A stretch of DNA of 55,831 nt, the filler included, from Catajapyx aquilonaris (lineage: Eukaryota): assembly GCA_000934665.2 (NCBI GenBank). It is 2 parts of 2 records of this genome, joined end to end, with 100 filler letters (N's around TTAATTAATTAA, not from the genome) between each part and the next. Parts side by side here need not be neighbours in the genome. Positions count along the whole stretch, not along the records: positions 1 to 27,820 come from JYFJ02004998.1; positions 27,921 to 55,831 come from KZ539264.1. The stretch is one strand, 5' to 3'. The notes under the pieces are model-generated. The model was not told the origin of the DNA and did not search any database. It worked only from the letters and a program-made list of their open reading frames with translations. Position 1 is the stretch's first letter, and every line of letters starts with the position of its first letter. Made by a program: the position numbers and the translations under genes. Shown here piece by piece: positions 23,441 through 35,576 of this stretch.

Positions 23441-24849
23441 TTTAATTTTTGCAGTTATGAATTGAAAAACACGCTGTCGAAAATATTATAGCGACTCATG
23501 GCAATTAAACCACTGACTGTTGGACCTGGTGGGTAACGCAAGAGTTGGTGTGTTTCGTGCAGGTGGATGATATATGACACCCCTCGAATACGGGTATACG
23601 CCATCTATTTCAAGGTGCAATTCTGGTGTAGGCACTAGGCAGCGGGTAGTCTGCCGTGATCAAAAATTCAAAATACGGACAGTCAAACAACAAATGGAAT
23701 CAATCAAATTCAACACTTAGATTACACCAATCACAGTTTTGTCCTTCAAATTGAATTTTAACGTCATTAAACCAAAAGTATCGTACTTCGTAAGCGGATC
23801 CAGGTACACAATAAGGGACCAAGAGGGAGGTTGAATGACCAGTATTTTTCATGTCCTTTCAGTTCTTTTGTAGCAAAATATTGGGCATATGTGGTCGGTG
23901 TTAAAGGGAGTTGCTAGGGTTGTAAAAAGTGTCAAAGGACATCAATACTAACCAAAGATATGACAAACTTGACACCTATTTGTACGCACTAAACCAAACA
24001 ATTGACCTTTTGCTACCATCTCACTGACCTGGGGTAATTACAGTTCCTGTCATCTCCTCTTCACTCCCCCCAAACTTGATAGCCTCATCTGCAATTGATG
24101 CTGCCAGTGCCAAGGGCTGGGGTGGCAGAAGGAGACCATTTGCAATGCTGGGCATGCCTGGACCGGAGGGATCTAGTGCATGCTGCTGGGACTGATACAA
24201 ATAATTTTCATTAGTCTTAACAACCTTGCCACAACTACACTAGCAAAGTGTTACCACAATCTGGTGTTGCTCAATGAGTGTTTAATTAATTTACATTATA
24301 CAGTCCACAAATTCCAAATATAAGACCACCATTAACTGCAAGCGCCGTTCATAAAGTTCGTGCCTTTGGGTTGAAGGAAAAGAGAGAGACAGTTCAAACT
24401 GTACACAGGTATAGTCCTTCTCTCTATTTGATCCCTGCAGAGCGCCCCACATTACTACCAGCAATGCACGACGATGCACTACCTGTGGGACACCATCATT
24501 GCTGCATTAGGGCAAATCAAATGAAATGTGTTCATGGTGTCTGGAGAGGATACTGCTGAACGCAGAGATTTGAAACTTCTACCATAGCAAGATAGCAGCA
24601 CTAATACCTTCTATATATCGGTAAGAGTCTGCGAGCGCATACTGCGCAAGCCACGGCAGACAATCCAAGGCTGCGTGCATCCTGTCGAGCGTGCTGGAGC
24701 GGTACCAGCGCACTGTTCTTCAATATCTGATTATATCTTGCGGTATACTCCAGGTGGTTATGGAAAATGTGAACACTGTACCCTAACTAAGGCTGACCAT
24801 TGCATCCAAGTGAGACATCTTCACCCACAATTGTCCACGTACGTGTAAT

Positions 24850-25010
24850 GATATCAGGTATGATTGCAGGCCAAGCCTGGCTTGGTCGGAGGAGGTTGGC
24901 CTGGATTGTCTGCCATCTCGGAATCGCCGGCACCATTCCGTGACATTTGTCTTTGCCATGCAATTTGGACTGTACAAAGCATACTCCCATACATTTCCGC
25001 GGTTCTATAT
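24850..25010 (-). mobile_element. Mariner transposase N-terminal HTH remnant
   Basis: MAKTNVTEWCRRFRDGRQS resembles the mariner V..W..RF..GR.S motif. Confidence 0.55.
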
Positions 25011-26899
25011 ACCCTTGGCCAGTGGAAGAACAATGCGATCATATTGCTTGGGCACGCTCGACAGGGTGCACACAGTCTTGGATTGGCTGCAGTGGCGTAC
25101 ACACTCTTATACCTATAGGCATTTAGAAAGATTAGTATTGGTGTTAAGTTTTCAACCTCTGTTGTTTGTCGTGGGAAGGGCTTGTCTTTCTCTCGTGAAC
25201 CCGAAGAGCTATGCCAATGGTATCTTCGTCTACTGGCAGGGTCTCCCATGCAAGAGAGGTCTTTGGGGTCATGGGAGAAAAAGCCACCGTGTTGACTTAC
25301 CACAACAAGAAAGTTAATGAAGTTTCATTGCCATTAAAATTAGTTCCATTCTGTTTTGTCTATACTGGTTTTCAATACTATCTGCAGCTAAATAAAAAGC
25401 TGCTGTAGCTGGAATGGAACTGCAGTTCTCTTCTTCCTTTCCCTCAAACTCCCAACTCAGCATGATGGTCATGAGAAATTCCGGATTCACGAACAGTGTT
25501 TGAAGCAGGCTGTCCATGCAGCAGGTTTGGTCACTGGTTAACCAGGCCCACATATACCCACTGGATCTATCTCTTCCATCGGAACTGGCCACAGGGGCCG
25601 TAGGGGATTGACTGTCACTGCTGTGTCTATAGTCCGCTGGTTCTGTTTCCAGTTCCGCATGATTGTCTGTGAAAAGGAAACTGATGTACGATTCTTCAGG
25701 ACAGCATGTACAAGAAATGGAAAAGGAGATCATCAAGTTATGAGTGATTCAATTCCATAGTATTATTTACTTCAGATATTCAGTGCATATTCTTTCACTC
25801 AATAAAACTCTGTAAGTGTCAGTGCACAATTTTTGTACCACTGTTCTTAAATAAAATCACCCACATTCCTCACATTGACATTATGGCCACTTCCACACTT
25901 CCGGTGAATAAAATATATCTGCACAATGCATGTTAATATACTCAGGCTGCTAAACAAAAAGTAAGGAACCCCGTCAGGTAGGTACGACTGAATTTTTCCA
26001 ATCACCATGTTATACATTGGGCATCAAACACAAGGTTTTAAATATCCTGGAATGTATGCGTCCCTTCATGATGTCTTACCTTTTTCATTTAAATTAGGTG
26101 TTAGCCATCCCACTAGGCGTAGCAGGCAATGGCCTACTATCCGTTTATTTAACTATATAATAATAGAGCCCTGTGTTTGACTCGTAGCAACTCCCAGGCA
26201 AATTATCAAAAAAAAATGATGGTATGTATCGTTAGAAAGCTTGTTTAAATCCACGTTACATACATGCGAGTTGTTTCCCTATCGTCAGTCTCTAATTTTT
26301 TATCGCAAAAAGAAGGCGAAAAAGTGTCATTTTTTGACGAGTTGCCGACGTTATACACCGCAAAGTGATTTTTCTATGACACTTTCAGGAGGCCAAAAAA
26401 TCCCCCCCCCCTCCCCCGTGAACCCTGGATAGTGCACAGTCATCTTTGTCTATCTAATGATATATTTGAAACATTGAGATCGCCATTTCTGTAATCATAA
26501 TTAAGTTAATTGCGCACCTCTGTTATCTTGGCTGTTATAATCCGAATTACTTCGCGAATGTATCGACGGCAAGCCAGAAATGTGCGTGATAAGATTACAT
26601 TGTGCTCTATTACACTAAAAATTTTACACGATTTTAAGAGTACCTATCGCCGTCTATTCCCGCCAGAAAGCAAACAATGATTTTAAAAATTTTAGTGTAA
26701 TAGAGCACAATCCATATGTTAATAGGTAATTGGCATCGCTGGATCCGAATTTGCTGTCAAAAAGGTGATTACACCTTTATTTAAAATATTCGACAGCTTA
26801 AAAGGACAGTCCAGTGGTGCATGGTAATCAAGATAACGCCAGAGGCAAAAAGGGTCGTTAGGGGGGAAAGTTGGGACGGTTTTGTGATTTGGACAGGCT

Positions 26900-27638
26900 T
26901 TTAGAGAATACTCAATGGCCACAGCAAGAGTGTCTTCGTGTCCACAAGCTTCTGATTCATGGTGCATGCATAATAAAATCTGCTATGCTGCCAATAGGAA
27001 TGCTGTCGGAGGAAGCTCTGGAGTCACGAAATGAGGATTTCAGAAATTATCCGGAGTTCCAACGCGAAAAATTCTGTCGCGTGAGAAAACCATGCGGGAA
27101 TTGTTGAACACATTGTTTTTCTCATCAAATCCCATGATTTCATCAATCCCCAGAGCAACTTCAATCCATCCTAAAGACAGCCAACCATTCACTGAGGTGG
27201 TCCGCATGTTATCTGATCCAGTATTAACAGAAGAGCAATATTCTGGCAACGCAGAATCAGATACGGATGGATATAGTGACATAGCTATAGTGGTGATAGA
27301 TATGTAATTGAGGCACTTTTATATTTTATTGTTATATATCATTCAATGTATTGTAGTGTCATATTGTGAAATGGCTCATTCAATATTATTATCATTATAG
27401 AGAAATAAAATAATTTAAAGCCCTGTAATGCCATTTTCGTAATGTATAAGTGAGATTGTGAGTGACTACAATGAAATCGGGTTTTATTGCATTGGAATTA
27501 TTTCTTTTATTGAGTTTTCCAGTCTTCTATTCATCAACAAGTGTTTCACACCAGCATAACTCCACATATTCAATTAAAAGCAATAATGAAATCTACAGCG
27601 ACTTTTTAGTTGCTAGAATTGCCTTTTAACCCACTGTG
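26900..27638 (+). mobile_element. Transib transposon 3' remnant
   Basis: VHKLLIHGACIIKSAMLPIGMLSEEALESRNEDFRNY, then frameshifted LLNTLFFSSNPMISS (Transib/RAG1-like C-terminal core). Terminal cactgtg at 27632-27638. Confidence 0.82.
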
Positions 27639-27820
27639 CGATTGGCCGATACCCCTACAGATCCTTCCCTTGTGAGGGGGATGTTTTTACTCTTATTGAA
27701 TTAGCTTACAATACGTATACGTAATATACGACAGATAGTTTCATACACCCCGCAAACGAGCTTTATCCTGGCTATCCTAAGCAACCCACACGGCATGATA
27801 ACAGAGGCATCAGGGCTTGG

Positions 27821-27920
27821 NNNNNNNNNNNNNNNNNNNNNNNNNNNNNNNNNNNNNNNNNNNNTTAATTAATTAANNNNNNNNNNNNNNNNNNNNNNNN
27901 NNNNNNNNNNNNNNNNNNNN
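27821..27920. other. Artificial scaffold join with six-frame stop linker
   Basis: 44 N + ttaattaattaa (27865-27876) + 44 N = 100 nt. Confidence 0.95.
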
Positions 27921-28100
27921 TTATTCATCTGGGGGTGCATTCTGCTGGTTACAAGCTTTCCACAGCATAACCTATGAAGATGGGCCCGAAGAACATGCTG
28001 CAACAAGTTAGAGGATGAGGGTGGTAAGGCCATTACTTTGTGACTTTTCTTCTTGTTTAGTGAATATCTTGAATCTAGCAGATTCATGCACGTCATATGT
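27921..28100 (-). mobile_element. Degenerate transposon-related coding fragment
   Basis: ALPPSSSNLLQHVLRAHL resembles an LPPT...L..H..RA motif recurrent in invertebrate repeat-encoded proteins; family not assigned. Confidence 0.45.
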
Positions 28101-28492
28101 GGTCATACTGCTACTGCTCCAGCAATGAAGGATGTTTAAATCCATTCACAAAGACACTCGAATCAGTAGCAACGATTGCAGGTGAGGTTGATCAAGACGG
28201 TTCTGAACATACGGACCAGATTGATGATATTGATTGTCCTGATGATATTGATTGACATGAGAATTTATTTTCACGAGGATGATAATGAGGATGAATCTAC
28301 TCAATCTGATTTCATGGATGAGTGGGACTAAATTCATTTAAATGCTTTCTTTGTGTCACTATTGCCATTCTTTAGATATGGTTACTTGTGTAATGATTAT
28401 TTTCTGAGTTACTGTTGCGTCATTCTAATGAATACTCTTTCATTATGTGTAGGCTACCTATACTTGGTTAATATACTGTACATTGCAAAATA

Positions 28493-28747
28493 GGGCGACA
28501 CGGTGGCGGAGTGGTTAGCGCCGCAGCCTTCCACCTCTATAAGGTCCCGAGTTCGATCCCCGGATCGGACAGAGGATACTTATGTGGATAGAGTTTCGAT
28601 GGGTTCTCTCCGTGTTCGCGTGGGTTTTCGCGGGGTTCTCCCGTTTCCTTCCGCAATCAAAATCCATCACAGCAAAGGCAATGATTAAAGACGGCTATTC
28701 AAAAGATGATTCCCTAAGAGGCCCAAGGAGGCCTATCACGGGGTATC

Positions 28748-28819
<72 letters not shown>
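28493..28819 (+). mobile_element. V-domain-like SINE, full length
   Basis: TSD attgcaaaata (28482-28492 and 28820-28830), A/B boxes, (TTA)n tail. Confidence 0.9.
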
Positions 28820-28821
<2 letters not shown>

Positions 28822-29419
28822 TGCAAAATAATAATCAGAATTAATAACAGATTCTCGTTTTAGTTTGTATGACATTTCCAGGCGTTTATTATGATCTGTA
28901 AAACATCTGACGGTTACTGTATATAAGGGGTCGCCATCTTGCAATATGGCCGCCAAGTTTAATTTTGATCATTAATGACGTTTCCAATGAAGTGGTGGGT
29001 TGGAAATGGAACAGATAAATGAAAAAAAAAACCTTCCTAGGTGCAATGCAAGCCAAGAATATGACATTCACACTCTTTCGGTCGGCCATCTTGGATATAT
29101 GGTTATTGCTGTAGTTGCCCAAAGTTGTCGACGCGACAACCAAGTTTAATTTGTTGAGGGACCCCATCGGTGTACAAATCAATCAAAAAAGTTTATAGGA
29201 AACAACATTTCCAGGTTACCAGCCCACCTAATCGACTAGGAGGTGCAAAAGCATGTGCAACAAATGATTTTTATTTGTTAATTTTATAACCCCTGCTGGG
29301 CCATCTTTGGCCCTTTTGGGGGAACCTTTTTATGAATCGCCCTGATCCAAGGGCAGGGTAATTGGGAGGGGATGTGCAAAATGCAAGTGCAATGTCTCAA
29401 ACAGGAGATTTTGTGACCA

Positions 29420-29600
29420 AAGCAGTAGTGGTGGAGTGAATATGGTGTCCGACTGCTAATCGGGAGGTCCTGGGTTCGAGTCCCGGAGGCCAGCGATCCT
29501 GACCTTGGTTTTCTGTGGTTATCCAAGGTCGCCCTAGGAAAATTCCAGGATCATACCGTAAAATAGGCCACAGCCGCTTCCTTCCCTTCCCTGCCCTGGA
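29420..29600 (+). mobile_element. tRNA-derived SINE (family also at about 33665-33850 plus and about 43383-43560 minus)
   Basis: Shared gactgctaatcgggaggtcctgggttcgagtccc...taggccacagccgcttccttcc. Confidence 0.78.
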
Positions 29601-29808
29601 GGAGGTGTGGTGTCGGTTGGGAGTTTCTGGCTCGCGCCTAGGGGGGTGTCTCTAGCTTGGCCCCCTGAGGGACTGCAGACGGCCCCCACCACAAGATAAT
29701 GCACTGCACCACTGTCCCTCCCTCTTTATCCCTTCCCTGTCCCCCGTACCAGAGAGAAAGAAAAAACATGCGGAAGTAATTGCGCATAGAAAACGGAGGC
29801 GATCTCCC

Positions 29809-29923
29809 NNNNNNNNNNNNNNNNNNNNNNNNNNNNNNNNNNNNNNNNNNNNNNNNNNNNNNNNNNNNNNNNNNNNNNNNNNNNNNNNNNNNNNNNNNNN
29901 NNNNNNNNNNNNNNNNNNNNNNN
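29809..29923. other. Assembly gap (115 N) next to a poly-G run
   Basis: Run of n. Confidence 0.98.
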
Positions 29924-30663
29924 GGGGGGGGGGGGGGGGGGGGGACCCCGGGCTGGGATCGAACCCGGGACCCTTCCATCCGTGGGCGCATACGTTACCG
30001 CAGCGCCACTCTGCCTCATCTACAAATGAGCTATTCTGTCCCTCCCTCCCCCCACCCCCTTTTTAAATCCCTGTGATAAGGCAGAGCCTTTTTAGGGGTG
30101 TGGCACACCACCATCAGTTTTCTAGTAACCGTATACTATTTTTCTTTGCTCACTGGTGCAAGGAGACAGGGACATGGGTAAGGATAGCGATTTTTGAGGA
30201 AGGAACATGGGGTGCAAGTGCAGGGTCGGTAAAGGGGTCATGCTCTGATTCCCCAGGAGGTTAGGTTGCCAGACACCTCCAAGGTCCAGGTCAGAGACCC
30301 TCCTGATGCAGGTGAAAGGTTCCCTAGGCGGGGATTGAACCTGAGGCCTTTCACTCAGCAAGCTGAGATGTTACCATCTCGGCCATCTACACCTCCCCAC
30401 AAACGAGCTATTCTTCTAGGAGATTTACAAAAAAATTGTGCCTTTTCCCAGTTGTGAAATACTTTTATCAAGTGACAAATCTTCATGTACAAGATTCTCA
30501 ATGAAGATGCATTAATATCCGCAGTGAATGGGAATATATTTTCTGCACTTTCCCAATGTAAACAAGTCAAGGTCTGTCAAGATTTTCACTCTGTCAGCTG
30601 CAGTTCCTGACTGTGGATTGGGAGTCCAAATGTACCCCTCCCACATGTGGTTTATACAAAAAA

Positions 30664-30694
<31 letters not shown>

Positions 30695-30831
30695 TGAGGA
30701 AATGCCACTTTTCAGTCAGTTTTAAAAGGATGGATTTTCCATTATTCCATTACTTGACCAAATAAAACCTTGATATTCAAGTTTGAAAGAAATTAATATA
30801 TTATATTTATCCTGCCATTTCTTCCACTTAC

Positions 30832-31016
30832 TTTGGATTGCGCCTAATTTCATCCAGCTGTCCAATCACACGGCTCAAATTGGACCGAAGCATGACAAAA
30901 GTGACATCTTCCTCTCCTACCACCTGGAATCGGTACTTGTTTTGAGAGCGGAACTTCACTTGGAGCAGCTCCACAATTGGCCGGCATTTCAGAATCAATT
31001 TCTTGCTTACAGCAGG
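30832..31016 (-). CDS. GNPTAB: GNPTAB coding exon 12 (last exon found; gene 3'-incomplete)
   Basis: aaatag|PAVSKKLILKCRPIVELLQVKFRSQNKYRFQVVGEEDVTFVMLRSNLSRVIGQLDEIRRNP AA|gtaagt. Not in the ORF track. Confidence 0.93.
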
Positions 31017-31429
31017 CTATTTTTGTTTTAAAAAACAAGTAAAATTAGACAACTTATTTAGTATTTGAAAATCATTTTCAGTGACATCTCAAAAATTTGG
31101 CAACTCAAGTCTGTCACAGATTTTAGAGTCTGCAATATTTCTAAGCCCACAAGAGACTAGTCCTTCTGGGTAAATATTAAGGCGAAGTTTAGTTTTTCCT
31201 TATGTCCAAAAATTCACCTATAGATCCACCCACCACTCCACACAAAGCCACCCTGCCAACCTAGGAAACCTGGCAAGATGACATTTCCAAATGGCTATCA
31301 CAATAATCTGAGAGTGGCCTATAATGGTAGGATGGCTTTTTATGGAGTAGTGGGTGGAACAGAAGACAATTTTCAGGTTTAGAAAAACCAAGAAAGTCTC
31401 TCGAGTCTGGTGTGGACTACGTCTATTAA

Positions 31430-32148
31430 CCCCTTCGCTACCAGATAGGCCCGAACCATATAGATTTTTGAATACGCGTACTCCGAAGATATGCACAATA
31501 TATTTGACAAATAATAACAGCGATACTTACCTGATCAGGGAAAACACTGATTGTGTCTGGAACAATTTTATTTGCCTAGAAGTCCCTAAATTAATTTCCA
31601 AAAACAAGGCTATAAAAACTCGAAATTAGATAACTGCCGACCAACTGTTAGGCTGATTTAATTATGAAATCCGTAAAAATATGCGGAATAACAACCTTGA
31701 GAACCATGCCAGACAAATTTGCTGAAATCGTCATTCTTTGCGAGAAACAAATGAATACTTATTTGTGGCTTTCTGGAAATTCCCAAATATCTTGTGAAGT
31801 GCCAGAAAGCCGCAAATAAGTATTCGTTTGTTTCTTGCAAAGTACGACGATTTCAGCAAATTTGTCTGGCATGGTTCTCAGGGTTGCTATTCCGCATATT
31901 TTCACGCATTTCATAATTAAATCAGCCTAACAGTTGGTCGGCAGTACTCTAATTTCGAGTTTTTATAGCCTTGTTTTTGGAAATTAATTTAGGGACTTCA
32001 AGGCAGGTAAAATTGTTCCAGACACAATCAGTGTTTTCCCTGATCAGGTAAGTATCGCTGTTATTAGTTGTCAAATATATTGTGCTTATCTTCGGAGTAC
32101 GCATACGCCAAAATCTACGTGGTTCGGGCCTATCTGGTAGAGAAGGTG
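31430..32148. mobile_element. Palindromic piggyBac-like MITE in GNPTAB intron 11
   Basis: ttaa|ccccttcgctaccagatagg...cctatctggtagagaaggtg|ttat; arms of about 350 bp. Confidence 0.85.
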
Positions 32149-32182
32149 TTATGTGACTGTCATACTCTGAAATAGCACCTAC

Positions 32183-32360
32183 CAATTTGGAATCATAGTA
32201 TCTCTCATATGGAGGTGTTGACACATCAGAGTAGTCTTCAGTAGACAGCTCCTGGGAACAGTTTATGATGATGTCTTCAAATTTCTGAACTGTGTTGTAC
32301 ATCAAGGGAAGATCATATAGCCGGGTCAGAAGGGTGCGTATTTCCCTGTCAGACCATGTC
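32183..32360 (-). CDS. GNPTAB: GNPTAB coding exon 11 (EF-hand / spacer 4)
   Basis: tcacag|G then TWSDREIRTLLTRLYDLPL...IINCS...YERYYDSKL|gtaggt. Confidence 0.94.
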
Positions 32361-32655
32361 CTGTGAGCATATGGCAGGTATGAATATTGAAACACTTGGC
32401 ATTAGTGCATTTGTAAGAAATATATAATTTAGGGCTTTTAGGCAGGTTTCATTATCATAGATGTTTAGCACCATTTACTTTGGAAATACAGTCGCATGGG
32501 AACCAAAGCATGGGATGATTTATTTTAAGAATACAAACCCATTAACTAAAGTATAGAAACAATATTCCAGGCCTAGTCAAGAACACCATTCAAATGTCAA
32601 GTTATTAATAACCCCTTAATTCAAGCTCTTTGAAGTTTTAAATATGCCTCTTACC

Positions 32656-32890
32656 AAGGGAGGCATGGTGGTCTAGTGGTTACGCCACTGGCCAGCCAAG
32701 CGGGAGGCCAGGGTTCAAATCCCGTCCCCGACATGCAGGGGCAGAATTGCACTCCCTACTCTTCCCAGGGCCAGGAGAAAAGGCCTGGTGTTTAAAGAAT
32801 GCCAGAAATGACTACCACACACCACCCTTCCTTGGGAACCTCCCCCCCCCCCCCAAGAGGGCCTCGGGCCCTATCACGAGGTATTTAAAT

Positions 32891-32953
<63 letters not shown>
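32656..32953 (+). mobile_element. tRNA-derived SINE inserted at the exon 10 donor
   Basis: 17-bp TSD taaatatgcctcttacc (32639-32655 and 32954-32970), A/B boxes, (AAT)n tail. Confidence 0.9.
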
Positions 32954-32955
<2 letters not shown>

Positions 32956-32969
32956 AATATGCCTCTTAC

Positions 32970-33122
32970 CCAGAATGGTCCATATCAAAAGTGTCAAATA
33001 TATTAGAGAGATCCACATCCTCTTTGGCACTCATCAGATAATAGAAGTAAGAAAATGAATACTGCATGTCAGTGGAGCTTCGTATTTTGTGGGATGAAGT
33101 CAACTCCCATTCTTCTTTGAAC
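32970..33122 (-). CDS. GNPTAB: GNPTAB coding exon 10 (CR3 end, EF-hand start)
   Basis: ggttag|G then FKEEWELTSSHKIRSSTDMQYSFSYFYYLMSA...IFDTFDMDHS GG|gtaaga. Confidence 0.95.
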
Positions 33123-33390
33123 CTAACCAAACATATTAGATGACATAATGAGACATATGACAACTATTTCTCTTAGGTCTGGCTACACAGTTGAAGATAG
33201 AGCCTCAACCACGAAGTTGTCCTTGTTACTGAGCAATCCCCAACAATTCATAACTATGACAAACCTGGGATGGAGCCTATATATTCCGTGGAACTGGGCT
33301 CCCAAACAAATAGCAACTGCTGTAATGGTGACTATGCACAGTTATAGCAATGCACCCTTGCCAATTTCTTGTTACTGACAACTAAATTAA

Positions 33391-34214
33391 CTCTTCTTAC
33401 CCTCCTAAATTTCAAAATTTGTTTGATTTTCTAATACGGCTTGGCCTGTAGTGTTGTGCAAACATCACCTCTGCTGCTAATTTTCATGTCAAAATACAAG
33501 CTAAAAGGCGATATTCAGAAGCCACAACACCTAGCAGCCGGTCGAGGGTTGCAGGTCCCTGGTCGCCATGACTGTAGCGCACTCTAGGGTGGCGCAAGCA
33601 AGTAGAATATGACCTCACACGCTTTGACATCACTGTTATGTAGTAATTTATTAATCAAGTTACCGAAGCAGTTTGGTGGAGTGGAGAAGGTGTTTGACTG
33701 CTAATCGGGAGGTCCTGGGTTCGAGTCCCGGGGCCGGCAATCCTAACCCTCGTTTTCTGTGGTTTCCCACGGTCCCCCAGGAGAATTCCGGGATTGCTTC
33801 CTAAATAATTAGGCCACAGCCGCTTCCTTCCGTCCCTATCCTATCCCAAAAAGCAAAGTAAAAATGACAGCAAAGAGTTCCAGTCAAAAGAAAAAAAATT
33901 AGGATGAATTCCCCCCCTAAAGAGCTGCCGGCTGTTAACGGGGTACGAATTTAATTCATTTATGAATCAAGTTTAATCAATCATTTACATATCACTGATA
34001 TCAGTCGCGATGACCGGCAACCTGCCTGTCGGGACCGGCGACCCACCACCCCCGACCGGATGCACATGTTGTGGGTTTGGATTTCAGTCTTTTGGCTTGT
34101 ATTTTGACCCTGCTAACGTGAAAATTAGCAGCAGAACTGATGTTTGCACAACACTATAGGTCAAGCTGAATTAGAAAATCCATAAATTTTCAAAATTTAT
34201 GAGGGTAAGAAGAG
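33391..34214. mobile_element. Palindromic MITE with nested SINE (family also at 48931-49402)
   Basis: Arms ctcttcttaccctcct..atttcaaaattt / aaattttcaaaattt..gagggtaagaagag. Confidence 0.78.
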
Positions 34215-34329
34215 TTAGTTTGGTTGTGAGCTGTGGTAACTGTTTGTAAGCTTTTATTATTGCTGAACATCCATTCTGGCTCTTCAAACTACATTGTACT
34301 CCCGATTATCCGGGCTAATGAATGCATAT

Positions 34330-34810
34330 GTGCCACCAGATAGTAGGAAAACATGGATAATCCCAAAATGGTCCTAGATACAGTGAAACCTTTCGTTGCA
34401 GTTGAATGTCCTCCTTGGAATACCCCGAACAAACACTTCCCACCTTCTCCTTCCAATTTTCTACTTCTTCAACATTCATGGCACTTTCATCACCACACAG
34501 TTTTCCAGGAAATTCTGTGCCTGTTGTGGAAACTTTCCAGCCACCCATTTGAAGCACTAAATTTTGCCACACCCAGTTTTTGGGCTTTTAATTTTGCCTG
34601 CTCTATTGGACCATCGGCCAGGACATGGGCAATACATTGAGCCTGTGTCAACCCCTTCCTCTTCCACGACATTTTAAAACTAGACTGAACAGTGAATTAA
34701 CTTGAAGGCAGGATATCTACAAATCACAAGTCACAATCTTCTTGGGGTCCCCCACAAGCCATATTTCTGTTTTCCAACCAAAAATAGTCCCTTTTCCTCA
34801 CAAATATCGT
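34330..34810 (-). mobile_element. Tigger/pogo transposase remnant
   Basis: DGPIEQAKLKAQKLGVAKFSASNGWLESFHNRHRI and CGDESAMNVEEVENWKEK...YSKEDI. Confidence 0.75.
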
Positions 34811-35576
34811 CAACGCCACAGGCTTCTAGCAATTATAGCAATTATGCAACACAGTATGGTGTTGGATGGTCCAAAAAGGGTTACTCATTCAGAGGCCTCT
34901 GGGAGGGCCCAGATTGAACTTGGCTGTAGTTTCTATTTTTGTGACTCGCAGAGATAATGTGAACCTTTTGATTTCCATTATGAACATATTTTCTCTGAAG
35001 GGAGCCAAAAATCCCTTCCGTGTCCGCTTTGGGCAGGTTCTGTAATAGCCGTCAAAAAATACATTTCATACCCTATGCATACGCCCTTTCTCCGAAAATA
35101 TTCCGCAATGGATAGGTTTTCACTATACCCAGGGTCCGTAATGGGCAGGTTTCACTGTACCATAAAAATGAGATATTCATAGATTTTTAATGAACTACTG
35201 TACATAGTGTATGCTGCTTTGCATAAGGTTTACTCAAAATAACAAAACTTACCATAGATTTTTAGTTTGTCTTCTAGAAAAAGTCTGTCATATTTTTCAT
35301 CTGTGAAACAAATTGACATTTTTCTGACTTTCATTTTTAATGTTACTTTTTGGCGATGCATGGATAATCTGCACCTGGATAATCAGGAGTACGGTGTACT
35401 TATTTCATAACATCTTCTTTTTCATGGAAAATTCAAATACACACTAGATAATAAAATTCCACTATAATTATACTTTAACCCAAAACAAATGCAATGCACA
35501 CTGTTGTCCCTAAGGTTATAATGACAAGGTAATAGAAATTAATCAAGCCCTACTGTAACCAAAGATAATTCTCTAC

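Noticed and set aside
27865..27876. ttaattaattaa palindrome
   Set aside because: Synthetic six-frame stop linker between N runs, not biological.
31354..31629. ORF sharing its C-terminus with the GNPTAB exon 11 ORF (31949..32395)
   Set aside because: The shared part is the two arms of an intronic palindromic MITE, not a duplicated gene.
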